Assembly (NCBI GenBank): GCA_964516865.1 | Contig: CAZEXD010000001.1 | Location: 1 to 53,085 of the forward strand | DNA length: 53,085 bases | Origin: an uncultured Candidatus Saccharibacteria bacterium | GTDB taxonomy: Bacteria; Patescibacteriota; Minisyncoccia; Minisyncoccales; Staskawiczbacteraceae | Direction of reading: 5' to 3' | Shown here: one piece after another, positions 35,970 through 43,813 of the stretch | Position numbering within the stretch: position 1 is the stretch's first letter | How the letters are laid out: every line of letters starts with the position of its first letter | The notes under the pieces: model-generated | The model's input: only the letters and a program-made list of their open reading frames with translations | Database searches by the model: none | Told to the model about the DNA's origin: nothing | Program-made: the position numbers and the translations under genes

Positions 35970-37091
35970 ATGGCTCAAAAAATTGTTTTTTTTCTTCCTT
36001 CTTTAGAGGCCGGGGGAGCGGAAAAAAATACAATAAATATATTAAAAGAGTTAAGTAAAAAACCTTATAAACTTATTCTTCTTTTGGCTAAAAAGAAGGG
36101 TTTTTTTCTTTCAGATGTGCCAGATAAGGTTTTGATAGCAGATTTAAATAGTTATTTTTTATTACCTCTTTTTTTTAAGGTACTTTTTTATCTGCGCAGA
36201 GAAAAACCGGATATTTTTGTTTCTACTTTTCCTCGTTTTAATTTAATAAATATCTTAGCAAAAATATTTTCTGGCGCCAAAACTAAATTAGTGATAATAG
36301 AACAAACAACGCCATCGCAACTTTGGATTACAACCAAAAGTTTTTCGCATAAAATCATTGCTTGCTTTTTTCTTCCTTTTTTAATAAAATGGTTGTATCC
36401 AAAATCTTCTTTAATTATAGCTGTTTCAAAAGTGGTTAAAGAGGACCTTACGAGATTTATCGGCAAAAAAAAGAAAATTGAAGTGGTATATAATCCGATA
36501 ATAAATGATGATATTTATAAATTGGCAAAAGAAAAAATTGATCATCCTTGGTTTTTAGATAAAAAAATTCCTGTTATTATAACTGCCGCTCGTTTTGTAA
36601 AAGCAAAAGATTATCCTACTTTATTAAAAGCTTTTGCTAAAGTATTAAAGAAAAGAGATGGCCGCTTATTTATTTTGGGCCAAGGAGAGGATAAGATAAA
36701 AATTAAAAAATTAATTAAAGGGCTGGGATTAGAAGAAAAAGTTTTGATAAAAGATTTTCAAAAAAATCCTTATAAGTATTTTTATAATTCTTCTGTTTTT
36801 ATTGTTTCTTCCCAAAGAGAGGGTTTTTCTAATGTGATAGTTGAAGCAATGGCTTGCGGTTTGCCGGTAATTTCAACCCAATGCGCAGGACCTAAAGAAA
36901 TTATTACCGATGGGGAAAACGGTATTTTGGTTCCTATGGGAGATGAAAATTCTTTAGCCCAAGCGATAATAAAAGTTTTAGATAATCCTTCTTTAAAAGA
37001 GAAACTTATCAGAGAAGGAAAAAAAAGAGCAGAGGATTTTTCAATAATAAGAAGCGTTTCTAAATATGAGAAACTTTTTCAAGAATTATAA
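35970..37091 (+). CDS. Family 4 (GT-B) glycosyltransferase
   Basis: FIVSSQREGFSNVIVEAMACGLPVISTQCAGPKEIITDGENGILVP (E-x7-E region). Confidence 0.8.
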   Translation: MAQKIVFFLPSLEAGGAEKNTINILKELSKKPYKLILLLAKKKGFFLSDVPDKVLIADLNSYFLLPLFFKVLFYLRREKPDIFVSTFPRFNLINILAKIFSGAKTKLVIIEQTTPSQLWITTKSFSHKIIACFFLPFLIKWLYPKSSLIIAVSKVVKEDLTRFIGKKKKIEVVYNPIINDDIYKLAKEKIDHPWFLDKKIPVIITAARFVKAKDYPTLLKAFAKVLKKRDGRLFILGQGEDKIKIKKLIKGLGLEEKVLIKDFQKNPYKYFYNSSVFIVSSQREGFSNVIVEAMACGLPVISTQCAGPKEIITDGENGILVPMGDENSLAQAIIKVLDNPSLKEKLIREGKKRAEDFSIIRSVSKYEKLFQEL

Positions 37092-37094
37092 AAA

Positions 37095-38483
37095 ATGATT
37101 GATATTTATCAGAAAAAAAATTTAATAATTTGCTTTGGAATAGTTTTGTTAATTTTGCTTGGACTTGCAGTTTTTTTTGATAAAGCGTTGGCAGTCGGAC
37201 TTCTTCTTTTGGTTTTTCTTTCTTTCATTACTTTTTTGTTGCTTTTTAATTTTGGGATGAAAGATAAAAAATTGTATTTGCTAATTTTAATCGTCCTTTT
37301 TGTTCATTTAGCCGCTGTTTTATTTATTTATTACACGGGGTTTAGACCTTTTGGAGGGGGGGCTGATTATGAAGGATATAATAAAACCGCTATAGAATTG
37401 GCCCAGGGGCTTAAAAAAGGATTTTTTTCTTTAGAGGGATTGTATTTCAATCATTATTTTCCGGTAGTTATCGGTGTGATTTATTTTTTCACTTTGCCAA
37501 AAATGATAGTGGGTCAGATTTTTACAGTTTTTCTGGCGATTTGGGCAATTATTTTTATTTACTTGATAGTCCGGGAAGTTGGTGGGTCAGAAAAATGGGC
37601 TTTTTTTACCGGATTGATGGTAAGTTTTTATCCCAGTTATATTTATTTTGGCAGTTTATTGCTTAAAGACACATTGGTCATTCCTCTTGTATTAGCGTGC
37701 CTTTTAATTATTATAAAAATTTTGAAAAATTTCAGCGCCCTAAACTTTATTTTATTTTTTCTTTTGTTGACGAGTCTGATACATTTTAGGTTTTATGTTG
37801 GTTTTGCAATGATGTTCAGTTTTATTATTTGCTGGTTTCTTATATCAAACCAAAAAACATGGGATAAGATAGTCTATGGAATGGCAATGATTTTTATATT
37901 GGGTTTTTCTCCTCAGCTTTTGGGGTATGGCTATTACGGTGTAATACCTTTAAATACTTTTCTTAATAAACAAACAATTATAACATATAGAGAAATAGTT
38001 TATGCTCCCACCCCTTCCACCACCCCTTCTGCTCCCACCCCTTACACCCTTTCTGCAACCACCCATTCTGGCACAGGATCTTCTTTTGTCGTAAAAGCAG
38101 GTTTTGATAGTACTTTTAATTTTATAAAAAATTATTTTTTATCCTTTATTTACGCGCTTTTAGGACCTCTTCCTTGGCAATTAGTTAAACGTCAGCATTA
38201 TTTTTCTTTAATAGAGACCATTCCTTGGTATTTTTTAATAATTATTTCTTTTTATGGATTTATAAAACTTATAAAAAAACAAGGGTTTTTGAAAACAATA
38301 AAAGATTACAAAACCATTCTTCCTTTATTGATGTTTGGTTTAATGGCTTTGGGAGCGCTTTCGCTTTTTATTAATAATTATGGAATTATTGTGCGAATCC
38401 GTATTCCTGTTTTTATTTCCTTTTTGTGTATCATGGCTTTTAATTTTAAAAATTCAGAAAAATATTTTTTAAAAATCATATGA
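37095..38483 (+). CDS. Polytopic membrane protein; candidate Wzy-type polymerase or GT-C-like transferase
   Basis: 462 aa, many TM helices, acidic first loop (GGGADYEGY), exposed Pro/Thr/Ser loop (APTPSTTPSAPTPYT); no diagnostic motif recognised. Confidence 0.35.
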   Translation: MIDIYQKKNLIICFGIVLLILLGLAVFFDKALAVGLLLLVFLSFITFLLLFNFGMKDKKLYLLILIVLFVHLAAVLFIYYTGFRPFGGGADYEGYNKTAIELAQGLKKGFFSLEGLYFNHYFPVVIGVIYFFTLPKMIVGQIFTVFLAIWAIIFIYLIVREVGGSEKWAFFTGLMVSFYPSYIYFGSLLLKDTLVIPLVLACLLIIIKILKNFSALNFILFFLLLTSLIHFRFYVGFAMMFSFIICWFLISNQKTWDKIVYGMAMIFILGFSPQLLGYGYYGVIPLNTFLNKQTIITYREIVYAPTPSTTPSAPTPYTLSATTHSGTGSSFVVKAGFDSTFNFIKNYFLSFIYALLGPLPWQLVKRQHYFSLIETIPWYFLIIISFYGFIKLIKKQGFLKTIKDYKTILPLLMFGLMALGALSLFINNYGIIVRIRIPVFISFLCIMAFNFKNSEKYFLKII

Positions 38484-38515
38484 GAACATTTTTAGTCACT
38501 GGAGGAGCGGGGTTT
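38480..38515 (+). pseudogene. Orphan 12-codon N-terminus of an SDR epimerase (MRTFLVTGGAGF), ATGA-coupled to the upstream gene and cut by the GIY-YIG cassette
   Basis: ATG 38480 overlaps the TGA of 37095..38483; the Rossmann motif LVTGGAGF is followed directly by the cassette's left inverted repeat. Confidence 0.5.
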
Positions 38516-38798
38516 ACCCGCCCGCATCGCCAGCGAGCACCTTCTTTTATACTTATGTTCTTGAAAGTTTAAAAGATAGAAAGTTATATGTCGGTTGGAC
38601 AGATGATCTTAAAAAAAGGATTGAGGAACATCGGCAAGGAAAGGTTCCCTCGACGAAATATAGATTACCAATAGAGCTTATCTATTTTGAAGCCTGTTTA
38701 TCTAAAGAGGCGACAATAAAAAGAGAGAAATATTTTAAAACAGGGTTTGGAAGAAGATTTTTGAAAAATCGACTCGCTGCCTCGCGTGGCGGGCGGGT
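38516..38798 (+). mobile_element. GIY-YIG cassette bounded by GC-rich imperfect inverted repeats
   Basis: Left ACCCGCCCGCATCGCCAGCGAG (38516-) vs reverse complement of right end ACCCGCCCGCCACGCGAGGCAGCGAG (-38798); encloses a GIY-YIG ORF. Confidence 0.6.
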
Positions 38799-38808
38799 CG
38801 GTTCTTAG
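38542..38808 (+). pseudogene. GIY-YIG nuclease-family ORF lacking any canonical start codon (absent from the ORF track)
   Basis: FFYTYVLESLKDRKLYVGWTDDLKKRIEEHRQGKVPSTKYRLPIELIYFEACLSKEATIKREKYFKTGFGRRFLKNRL; frame open from 38473 to TAG 38806-38808 with no ATG/GTG/TTG before the GIY motif. Confidence 0.7.
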
Positions 38809-38816
38809 AACGTTTT

Positions 38817-39749
38817 ATGAATATTTTAAAAAACAAAACAATTTTGGTAACAGGGGGCGCCGGATTCATTGGTAGTCATCTGGTTGATAGATTAATAAAA
38901 GATGGTTATCGGGTGATAGTTATAGATAATCTTTCAACCGGCAAGAAAGAAAATATCAATCCGCAGGCGGATTTTTATCAACTTGATATTTGCGATTTTG
39001 AGAAAATAAAACCAATTTTTCAAGGAGTTGATGGCGTCTTTCATTTAGCCGCTATTCCTCGAGTGCCTTTATCTATTAAAGATCCAGTTGGTACTTCTCG
39101 GGTAAATATATTGGGTACAATTAATATTTTTAAAGCGTCAATTGAAAATGGTGTTAAAAAAGTTGTTTTTGCTTCTTCCTCCTCTGTTTATGGTAATCAA
39201 AAACGCTTACCCCTTAAAGAGACGATGATTCCAGCTCCTTTGAGTCCTTATGGTTTGCAAAAACTTGTTGGTGAAAAATTTGCTAAACTTTTTACGCAAC
39301 TTTATAAAATTCCTATTATTTCTTTGCGTTATTTTAATGTTTACGGTCCTCGGATTGACTTTAATTCTGATTATAGTTTAGTTCTTGGAAAATTTTTAAG
39401 ATTAAAAGCAGAAAAAAAACCTCTGACAATTTTTGGAGACGGAGAACAAACAAGAGGTTTTTGTTTTGTTGACGATGTTGTGGAGGCAAGCATTAAAGCG
39501 ATGAAGAGCGATAAATTAAATGGCGGAGTGATAATTAATATCGGCCAGAAAAAAAGCTATTCAATCAACTATTTAGCCAAACTCATAGGCGGCGAGATTG
39601 TTTATTTGCCCCCGCGACCCGGCGATCCTCTTCATACTCGGGCGGATATTTCGTTAGCAAGAAAACTTTTAGATTGGGAGCCCAAAATTGATTTTAATGA
39701 GGGGGTTGAAATTACGAAAAAATGGTTTCAAGAAAGCTATGGAGAATAA
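38817..39749 (+). CDS. NAD-dependent sugar-nucleotide 4-epimerase/dehydratase (GalE/WbpP-like SDR)
   Basis: ILVTGGAGFIGSHLVDRLIKDGYRVIVIDNLSTG, SPYGLQKLVGE, YFNVYGPR. Confidence 0.85.
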   Translation: MNILKNKTILVTGGAGFIGSHLVDRLIKDGYRVIVIDNLSTGKKENINPQADFYQLDICDFEKIKPIFQGVDGVFHLAAIPRVPLSIKDPVGTSRVNILGTINIFKASIENGVKKVVFASSSSVYGNQKRLPLKETMIPAPLSPYGLQKLVGEKFAKLFTQLYKIPIISLRYFNVYGPRIDFNSDYSLVLGKFLRLKAEKKPLTIFGDGEQTRGFCFVDDVVEASIKAMKSDKLNGGVIINIGQKKSYSINYLAKLIGGEIVYLPPRPGDPLHTRADISLARKLLDWEPKIDFNEGVEITKKWFQESYGE

Positions 39750-40905
39750 AAAAATTAAAATATGTCATGTTGCTTCAGCCGACATTACGGTAAAATTTTT
39801 ATTGCTTCCGCAATTAGAATTTCTGAAAAAGCAGGGATATGATGTTTCGGTTGTTTGTTCTTTGGGCAAATGGATAAAAGATATAGAAAGTAAAGGAATA
39901 AAAGTAAAAATAATAAGAATTACAAGAAACATAACCTTCCTCAGAGATACAATTAGCCTTGTAAAATTATTTTTTTATTTTAAAAAAGAAAAATTTGATA
40001 TAATTCACACTCATACTCCAAAACCCGGCCTTTTGGGTCAGTTGGCTGGCAGGTTAGCCGGCGCGCCAATAATTGTAAACACCATTCACGGTTTATACTT
40101 TCAAAAAAGTTCATCGTTATTTAAAAAAAGTTTTTTTTCTTACATAGAAAAAATTTCAGCACTGTGTTCTGATTTAATTTTTTCCCAAAACAAAGAAGAC
40201 ATAAGCACGATAATAGATAAAAAAATAGCCCCCCCCAATAAAGTAATTTATTTAGGAAACGGGGTAGATATAAATAAGTTTAATTTTAAAAGATTTTCCA
40301 AAGAATTTATAGAAAATAAGAAAAAACAGCTTGGTATTGATTCTAATCTTAAAGTTGTGGGGACTGTTGGAAGATTGGTAAAAGAAAAAGGACATCTTGA
40401 ATTGTTTTCTGCGTTTAAAAAGGTTTTATCGTTTTATACTCAAACATTACTTTTAATAGTTGGTCCGGAAGATTTAGAAAAAAAAGATTCTTTTAACAAA
40501 AATTTGGTTAGAGAATATGGAATAGAGAAAAATACAATTTTTTTGGGCGAAAGAGATGATGTTGATGAAATTTATCCTTTGATGGATTTGTTTGTTTTGG
40601 CATCGCATAGAGAGGGTTTTCCCAGAACAGTGATAGAAGCCATGGCAACGGAAAGGCCGATTATTGCTACGAATATACGAGGATGTAGGGAGGCGATTGA
40701 AGATGGTATTACCGGTAAATTAGTTGAATCCGGCAATTCCCAAGAATTGGCTGAAGCTATAATATTTTTTCTAAAGAATCCAGAAAAGGCACGAGAATTT
40801 GGATTAAATGCCAGAAAGAAAGCCGAAAAAGATTTTAATGAAGAAATAGTTTTTGATAAAATAAAAGAATGTTATGATAAAATTATTTCTCAAAAGATTG
40901 TTTGA
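39739..40905 (+). CDS. Family 4 glycosyltransferase (PglA/WbuB-like position next to the initiating transferase)
   Basis: ICHVASADITVKFLL..., VLASHREGFPRTVIEAMATERPIIATNIRGCREAIEDGITGKLV; ATG 39739 preferred over the track's 39688. Confidence 0.8.
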   Translation: MENKKIKICHVASADITVKFLLLPQLEFLKKQGYDVSVVCSLGKWIKDIESKGIKVKIIRITRNITFLRDTISLVKLFFYFKKEKFDIIHTHTPKPGLLGQLAGRLAGAPIIVNTIHGLYFQKSSSLFKKSFFSYIEKISALCSDLIFSQNKEDISTIIDKKIAPPNKVIYLGNGVDINKFNFKRFSKEFIENKKKQLGIDSNLKVVGTVGRLVKEKGHLELFSAFKKVLSFYTQTLLLIVGPEDLEKKDSFNKNLVREYGIEKNTIFLGERDDVDEIYPLMDLFVLASHREGFPRTVIEAMATERPIIATNIRGCREAIEDGITGKLVESGNSQELAEAIIFFLKNPEKAREFGLNARKKAEKDFNEEIVFDKIKECYDKIISQKIV

Positions 40906-41476
40906 TGTTTTTGTTTCTGTGGTTGCGTTAATTATATTATTGCCGCTTTTTTTAATAATCGCTATTTTAATTAAGATTGATTCTAAAGAACCTGTATTTT
41001 TTAGGCAAGAAAGGATAGGTAAAAACGGAGAACCATTTTATATTTTAAAATTTAGGACTATGATTGAAGGAGCGGTAGATAAGGGTTTGGGATATACTGT
41101 GGCTCAAAACGACGAAAGAATAACAAGAATTGGTAAATTTTTAAGAAAGTGGGGGATTGATGAATTTCCTCAATTAATAAATGTTTTAAAAGGAGAAATG
41201 AGTTTAGTGGGTCCAAGACCGACTTTGAGATATCAGGTTGAGAAATATACTGATTTTCAAAAAAAAAGATTGCAGGTTAAGCCGGGAATAACCAGTTGGG
41301 CTTTAATTCACGGTAGAAACTTGCTTTCTTGGGAAGAAAGGATAAAATACGATGTTTGGTATATAGAAAATTGGTCTTTGTGGTTGGATATAAAAATAAT
41401 ATTAAAGACATTTTATCTAATTTTTATTAAACAAGAAGGAGTTTACGGCAAAGATGGCATAAACGACCCCTTTTAA
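40874..41476 (+). CDS. Small monotopic phosphoglycosyl transferase (PglC/WbaP-C-terminal 'bacterial sugar transferase' family), glycan initiator
   Basis: KRLFDVFVSVVALIILLPLFLIIAILIKIDSKEPVFFRQERIGKNGEPFYILKFRTM, DEFPQLINVLKGEMSLVGPRP. Confidence 0.9.
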   Translation: MIKLFLKRLFDVFVSVVALIILLPLFLIIAILIKIDSKEPVFFRQERIGKNGEPFYILKFRTMIEGAVDKGLGYTVAQNDERITRIGKFLRKWGIDEFPQLINVLKGEMSLVGPRPTLRYQVEKYTDFQKKRLQVKPGITSWALIHGRNLLSWEERIKYDVWYIENWSLWLDIKIILKTFYLIFIKQEGVYGKDGINDPF

Positions 41477-41609
41477 TTCTTTGATAACTCTTTTAAACAA
41501 ACAAATAAGTAAAAAATAAGACAGTAAAATTAGTCAAAACAAATAATAATAAAAATTAAAAAACAACAAAACAACAAATACAAATAAAAAATAATTAAAA
41601 TTAACTTCA

Positions 41610-41633
41610 GTTCTATGGTTCGGTCCGTCGAAC
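41610..41633. promoter_or_regulatory. Imperfect 24-nt palindrome GTTCTATGGTTCGGTCCGTCGAAC
   Basis: 10 nt upstream of ATG 41644; same half-site word (TTCTATGG) as the perfect palindrome at 42182..42203. Confidence 0.5.
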
Positions 41634-41643
41634 TAAAAATAAA

Positions 41644-42171
41644 ATGCCAAATTTTCATCTAAACGACTTACCTAAAGAGAAAAGAATTCAAATGATAGGC
41701 GAATTCTATGATACAATAGATTCATTAAGAAATAGAAACGAAGTTCGTCTTTTTTTCAAAAGTTTGTTAACCGCTGATGAAATCGCCACGTTGATGAGAA
41801 GAATAGAGATAGCAGTGCTTTTGTCCGCCAAATTTACATATGACGAAATAATTGAAATTTTAGGGGTTAGTAAAGGTAAAATCTCTAACGTTCATAAAAA
41901 TTTATTACAGGATGACAGCGGATATAAAATAATTGTTAAAAGATTAATTGAAAATCGCAAGCAACGATTAAGAAGAATTAAAAAAGAAAACAAAGGAAAT
42001 TTGTCGCTGTTTGAGGTTATAAAAAAGAAATACTCTGGTCATTTTCTTTTACAAAATCTATTAGATGCGGCAATAGAGAAATTAGAAGAAGATGATAAAT
42101 CTTTAGAAAGAGAAGCAGTGCTTTTTACACCTTCAGCAACTTTTTTTAAAATTAATAAAAACAAAAGGTAA
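41644..42171 (+). CDS. TrpR/YerC-YecD-like DNA-binding protein
   Basis: LTADEIATLMRRIEIAVLLSAKFTYDEIIEILGVSKGKISNVHKNL fits the Trp-repressor-like HTH pattern. Confidence 0.5.
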   Translation: MPNFHLNDLPKEKRIQMIGEFYDTIDSLRNRNEVRLFFKSLLTADEIATLMRRIEIAVLLSAKFTYDEIIEILGVSKGKISNVHKNLLQDDSGYKIIVKRLIENRKQRLRRIKKENKGNLSLFEVIKKKYSGHFLLQNLLDAAIEKLEEDDKSLEREAVLFTPSATFFKINKNKR

Positions 42172-42181
42172 TTATAAGTAA

Positions 42182-42203
42182 TTCTATGGATCGATCCATA
42201 GAA
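42182..42203. promoter_or_regulatory. Perfect 22-nt palindrome TTCTATGGATC|GATCCATAGAA
   Basis: Read directly; lies between the TrpR-like gene and the acyltransferase-aminotransferase-dehydratase genes. Confidence 0.55.
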
Positions 42204-42241
42204 CCAAAATGATAAAATATTAAAATGATAAATTATGATAA

Positions 42242-42646
42242 ATGATAAAAAATAATAAAAAATGGCGGAAGCCGATAATTAGAGAAGGGAAGCTAACGAA
42301 ATGGAACTGGATGGTGCAAGGGATTAAAAGTTTTAAGTTGGGCAAAAAGGTTGATATTGGCGCTTTTACTTATATAAATGCAAAGGAGGGAGTGACTATT
42401 GAAGACGGGGTGAAGATAGGATCCCATTGTTCCATATATTCTGTTTCTACTATTGATAATAAAAAAGGGAAGGTTATTCTTAAAAAAAATTGCAAAGTTG
42501 GCGCCAATTCCGTTATTATGCCAGGTATTACAATAGGAGAAAATTCAATTGTCGGCGCGTTAAGTTTTGTCAATAAAGATATACCGGATAATGTTATAGC
42601 TTACGGAATACCGGTGAAAATAATTAAAAAATTGGACAATGTATAA
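42242..42646 (+). CDS. Left-handed beta-helix (hexapeptide) acyltransferase, PglD/WbpD-like role
   Basis: Hexapeptide repeats: VDIGAFTYINAKEGVTIEDGVKIGSHCSIYS...KVGANSVIMPGITIGENSIVGALSFV. Confidence 0.7.
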   Translation: MIKNNKKWRKPIIREGKLTKWNWMVQGIKSFKLGKKVDIGAFTYINAKEGVTIEDGVKIGSHCSIYSVSTIDNKKGKVILKKNCKVGANSVIMPGITIGENSIVGALSFVNKDIPDNVIAYGIPVKIIKKLDNV

Positions 42647-43769
42647 AATTCCTCTTGCAAAGATAGACATTACGGAAAAAGAAAAAAAAGCGGTAGAAAA
42701 AGTTTTAAATAACTCATATTTAAGTTTGGGAAAAAAATATCTTGAATTTGAAAAAATAATGGCGAGGTTTTCCAGCGTAAAATATGCCATAGCGGTAAAC
42801 AGCGGAACGAGCGGTTTGCATTTAATTATCAGGGCGCTGGGAATAGGAGAGGGAGATGAAGTAATAACAACGCCATTTTCTTTTATTGCTTCTTCAAATT
42901 GTATTTTGTATGAAAAAGCAAAGCCGGTTTTTGTGGATATCGATGAGAAAACTTTTAATATCAATGTTTCGAAAATTGAAGAGAAAATAACCAAAAAAAC
43001 AAAAGCGATTTTAGCGGTTGATGTTTTTTCTCAACCCGCTGATTGGAACGAATTAGAAAAAATAGCAAAAAAATATAATCTTTTATTGATTGAAGATTCT
43101 GCCGAAGCTTTGGGGTCTGAGTATAAAGGAAAAAAGTGCGGCAGTTTCGGAGACGCTGCTATTTTTGCTTTTTATCCTAATAAACAAATTACCACCGGCG
43201 AGGGGGGAATGATTTTGACTAATAATAGAAAAATATATAATTTATGCAGGAGTATGGCAAATCAGGGAAGAAGAATAAAAAACGGCAAATGGTTGGAACA
43301 TATAATGTTGGGCTATAATTACCGTTTGGATGAAATGAGTTGTGCCTTAGGCATAGCTCAAATGGAAAGGATACAAGAAATTTTAGAAAAAAGAAAAAAG
43401 GTAGCTGATTTATATAACAAAAAACTAAAGTCAGTAAAAGGGTTAGAAACTCTATATATAAAACCGGGCAATAAAATAAGTTGGTTTGTTTATGTGGTAA
43501 AGTTATCTGAGACTTTAATCGGTAAGAGAGATGAAATTATTAAAAGAATGGCAAAAAGAGGAATACAATGCGGCAATTACTTTCAATCAATCCACCTACA
43601 ATCTTTTTATAGAAAAGAATTTTCATATAAGATAGGCGATTTTCCAGTCGCGGAAAACCTAAGTAAAAGAACATTGGCTCTGCCGTTTTTCAATAATCTA
43701 ACTGAAAAAGAAATAGATTTTGTAGTTAGGAGTTTAAAAGAGATTATAAAAAATTATACCCAAGAGTAG
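42639..43769 (+). CDS. DegT-family aminotransferase (PglE-like, third copy)
   Basis: AIAVNSGTSGLHLIIRALG, FAFYPNKQITTGEGGMILTN (PLP Lys), YRLDEMSCALGIAQM. Confidence 0.85.
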   Translation: MYKIPLAKIDITEKEKKAVEKVLNNSYLSLGKKYLEFEKIMARFSSVKYAIAVNSGTSGLHLIIRALGIGEGDEVITTPFSFIASSNCILYEKAKPVFVDIDEKTFNINVSKIEEKITKKTKAILAVDVFSQPADWNELEKIAKKYNLLLIEDSAEALGSEYKGKKCGSFGDAAIFAFYPNKQITTGEGGMILTNNRKIYNLCRSMANQGRRIKNGKWLEHIMLGYNYRLDEMSCALGIAQMERIQEILEKRKKVADLYNKKLKSVKGLETLYIKPGNKISWFVYVVKLSETLIGKRDEIIKRMAKRGIQCGNYFQSIHLQSFYRKEFSYKIGDFPVAENLSKRTLALPFFNNLTEKEIDFVVRSLKEIIKNYTQE

Positions 43770-43813
43770 AATTCTAATTCGCTAAAGTTTTTTTATCTTG
43801 AATTAAATAAAAA

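Noticed and set aside
37095-38483. Polytopic membrane protein considered as an STT3/PglB-type N-oligosaccharyltransferase
   Set aside because: It is too short (462 aa), has no WWDxG-like motif and no large soluble C-terminal domain. It is kept only as a Wzy/GT-C-like candidate.
38499-38889. Duplicate LVTGGAGF-coding stretches as a target-site duplication of the GIY-YIG cassette
   Set aside because: The two 24-nt stretches differ at all eight third-codon positions, so they are not a recent direct duplication.
41497-41608. A/C-only low-complexity spacer (CAAA-rich) between the sugar transferase and the TrpR-like gene
   Set aside because: The strand asymmetry is striking, but there is no repeat unit, ORF or pairing potential. 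It is mentioned only as context for the regulator unit.
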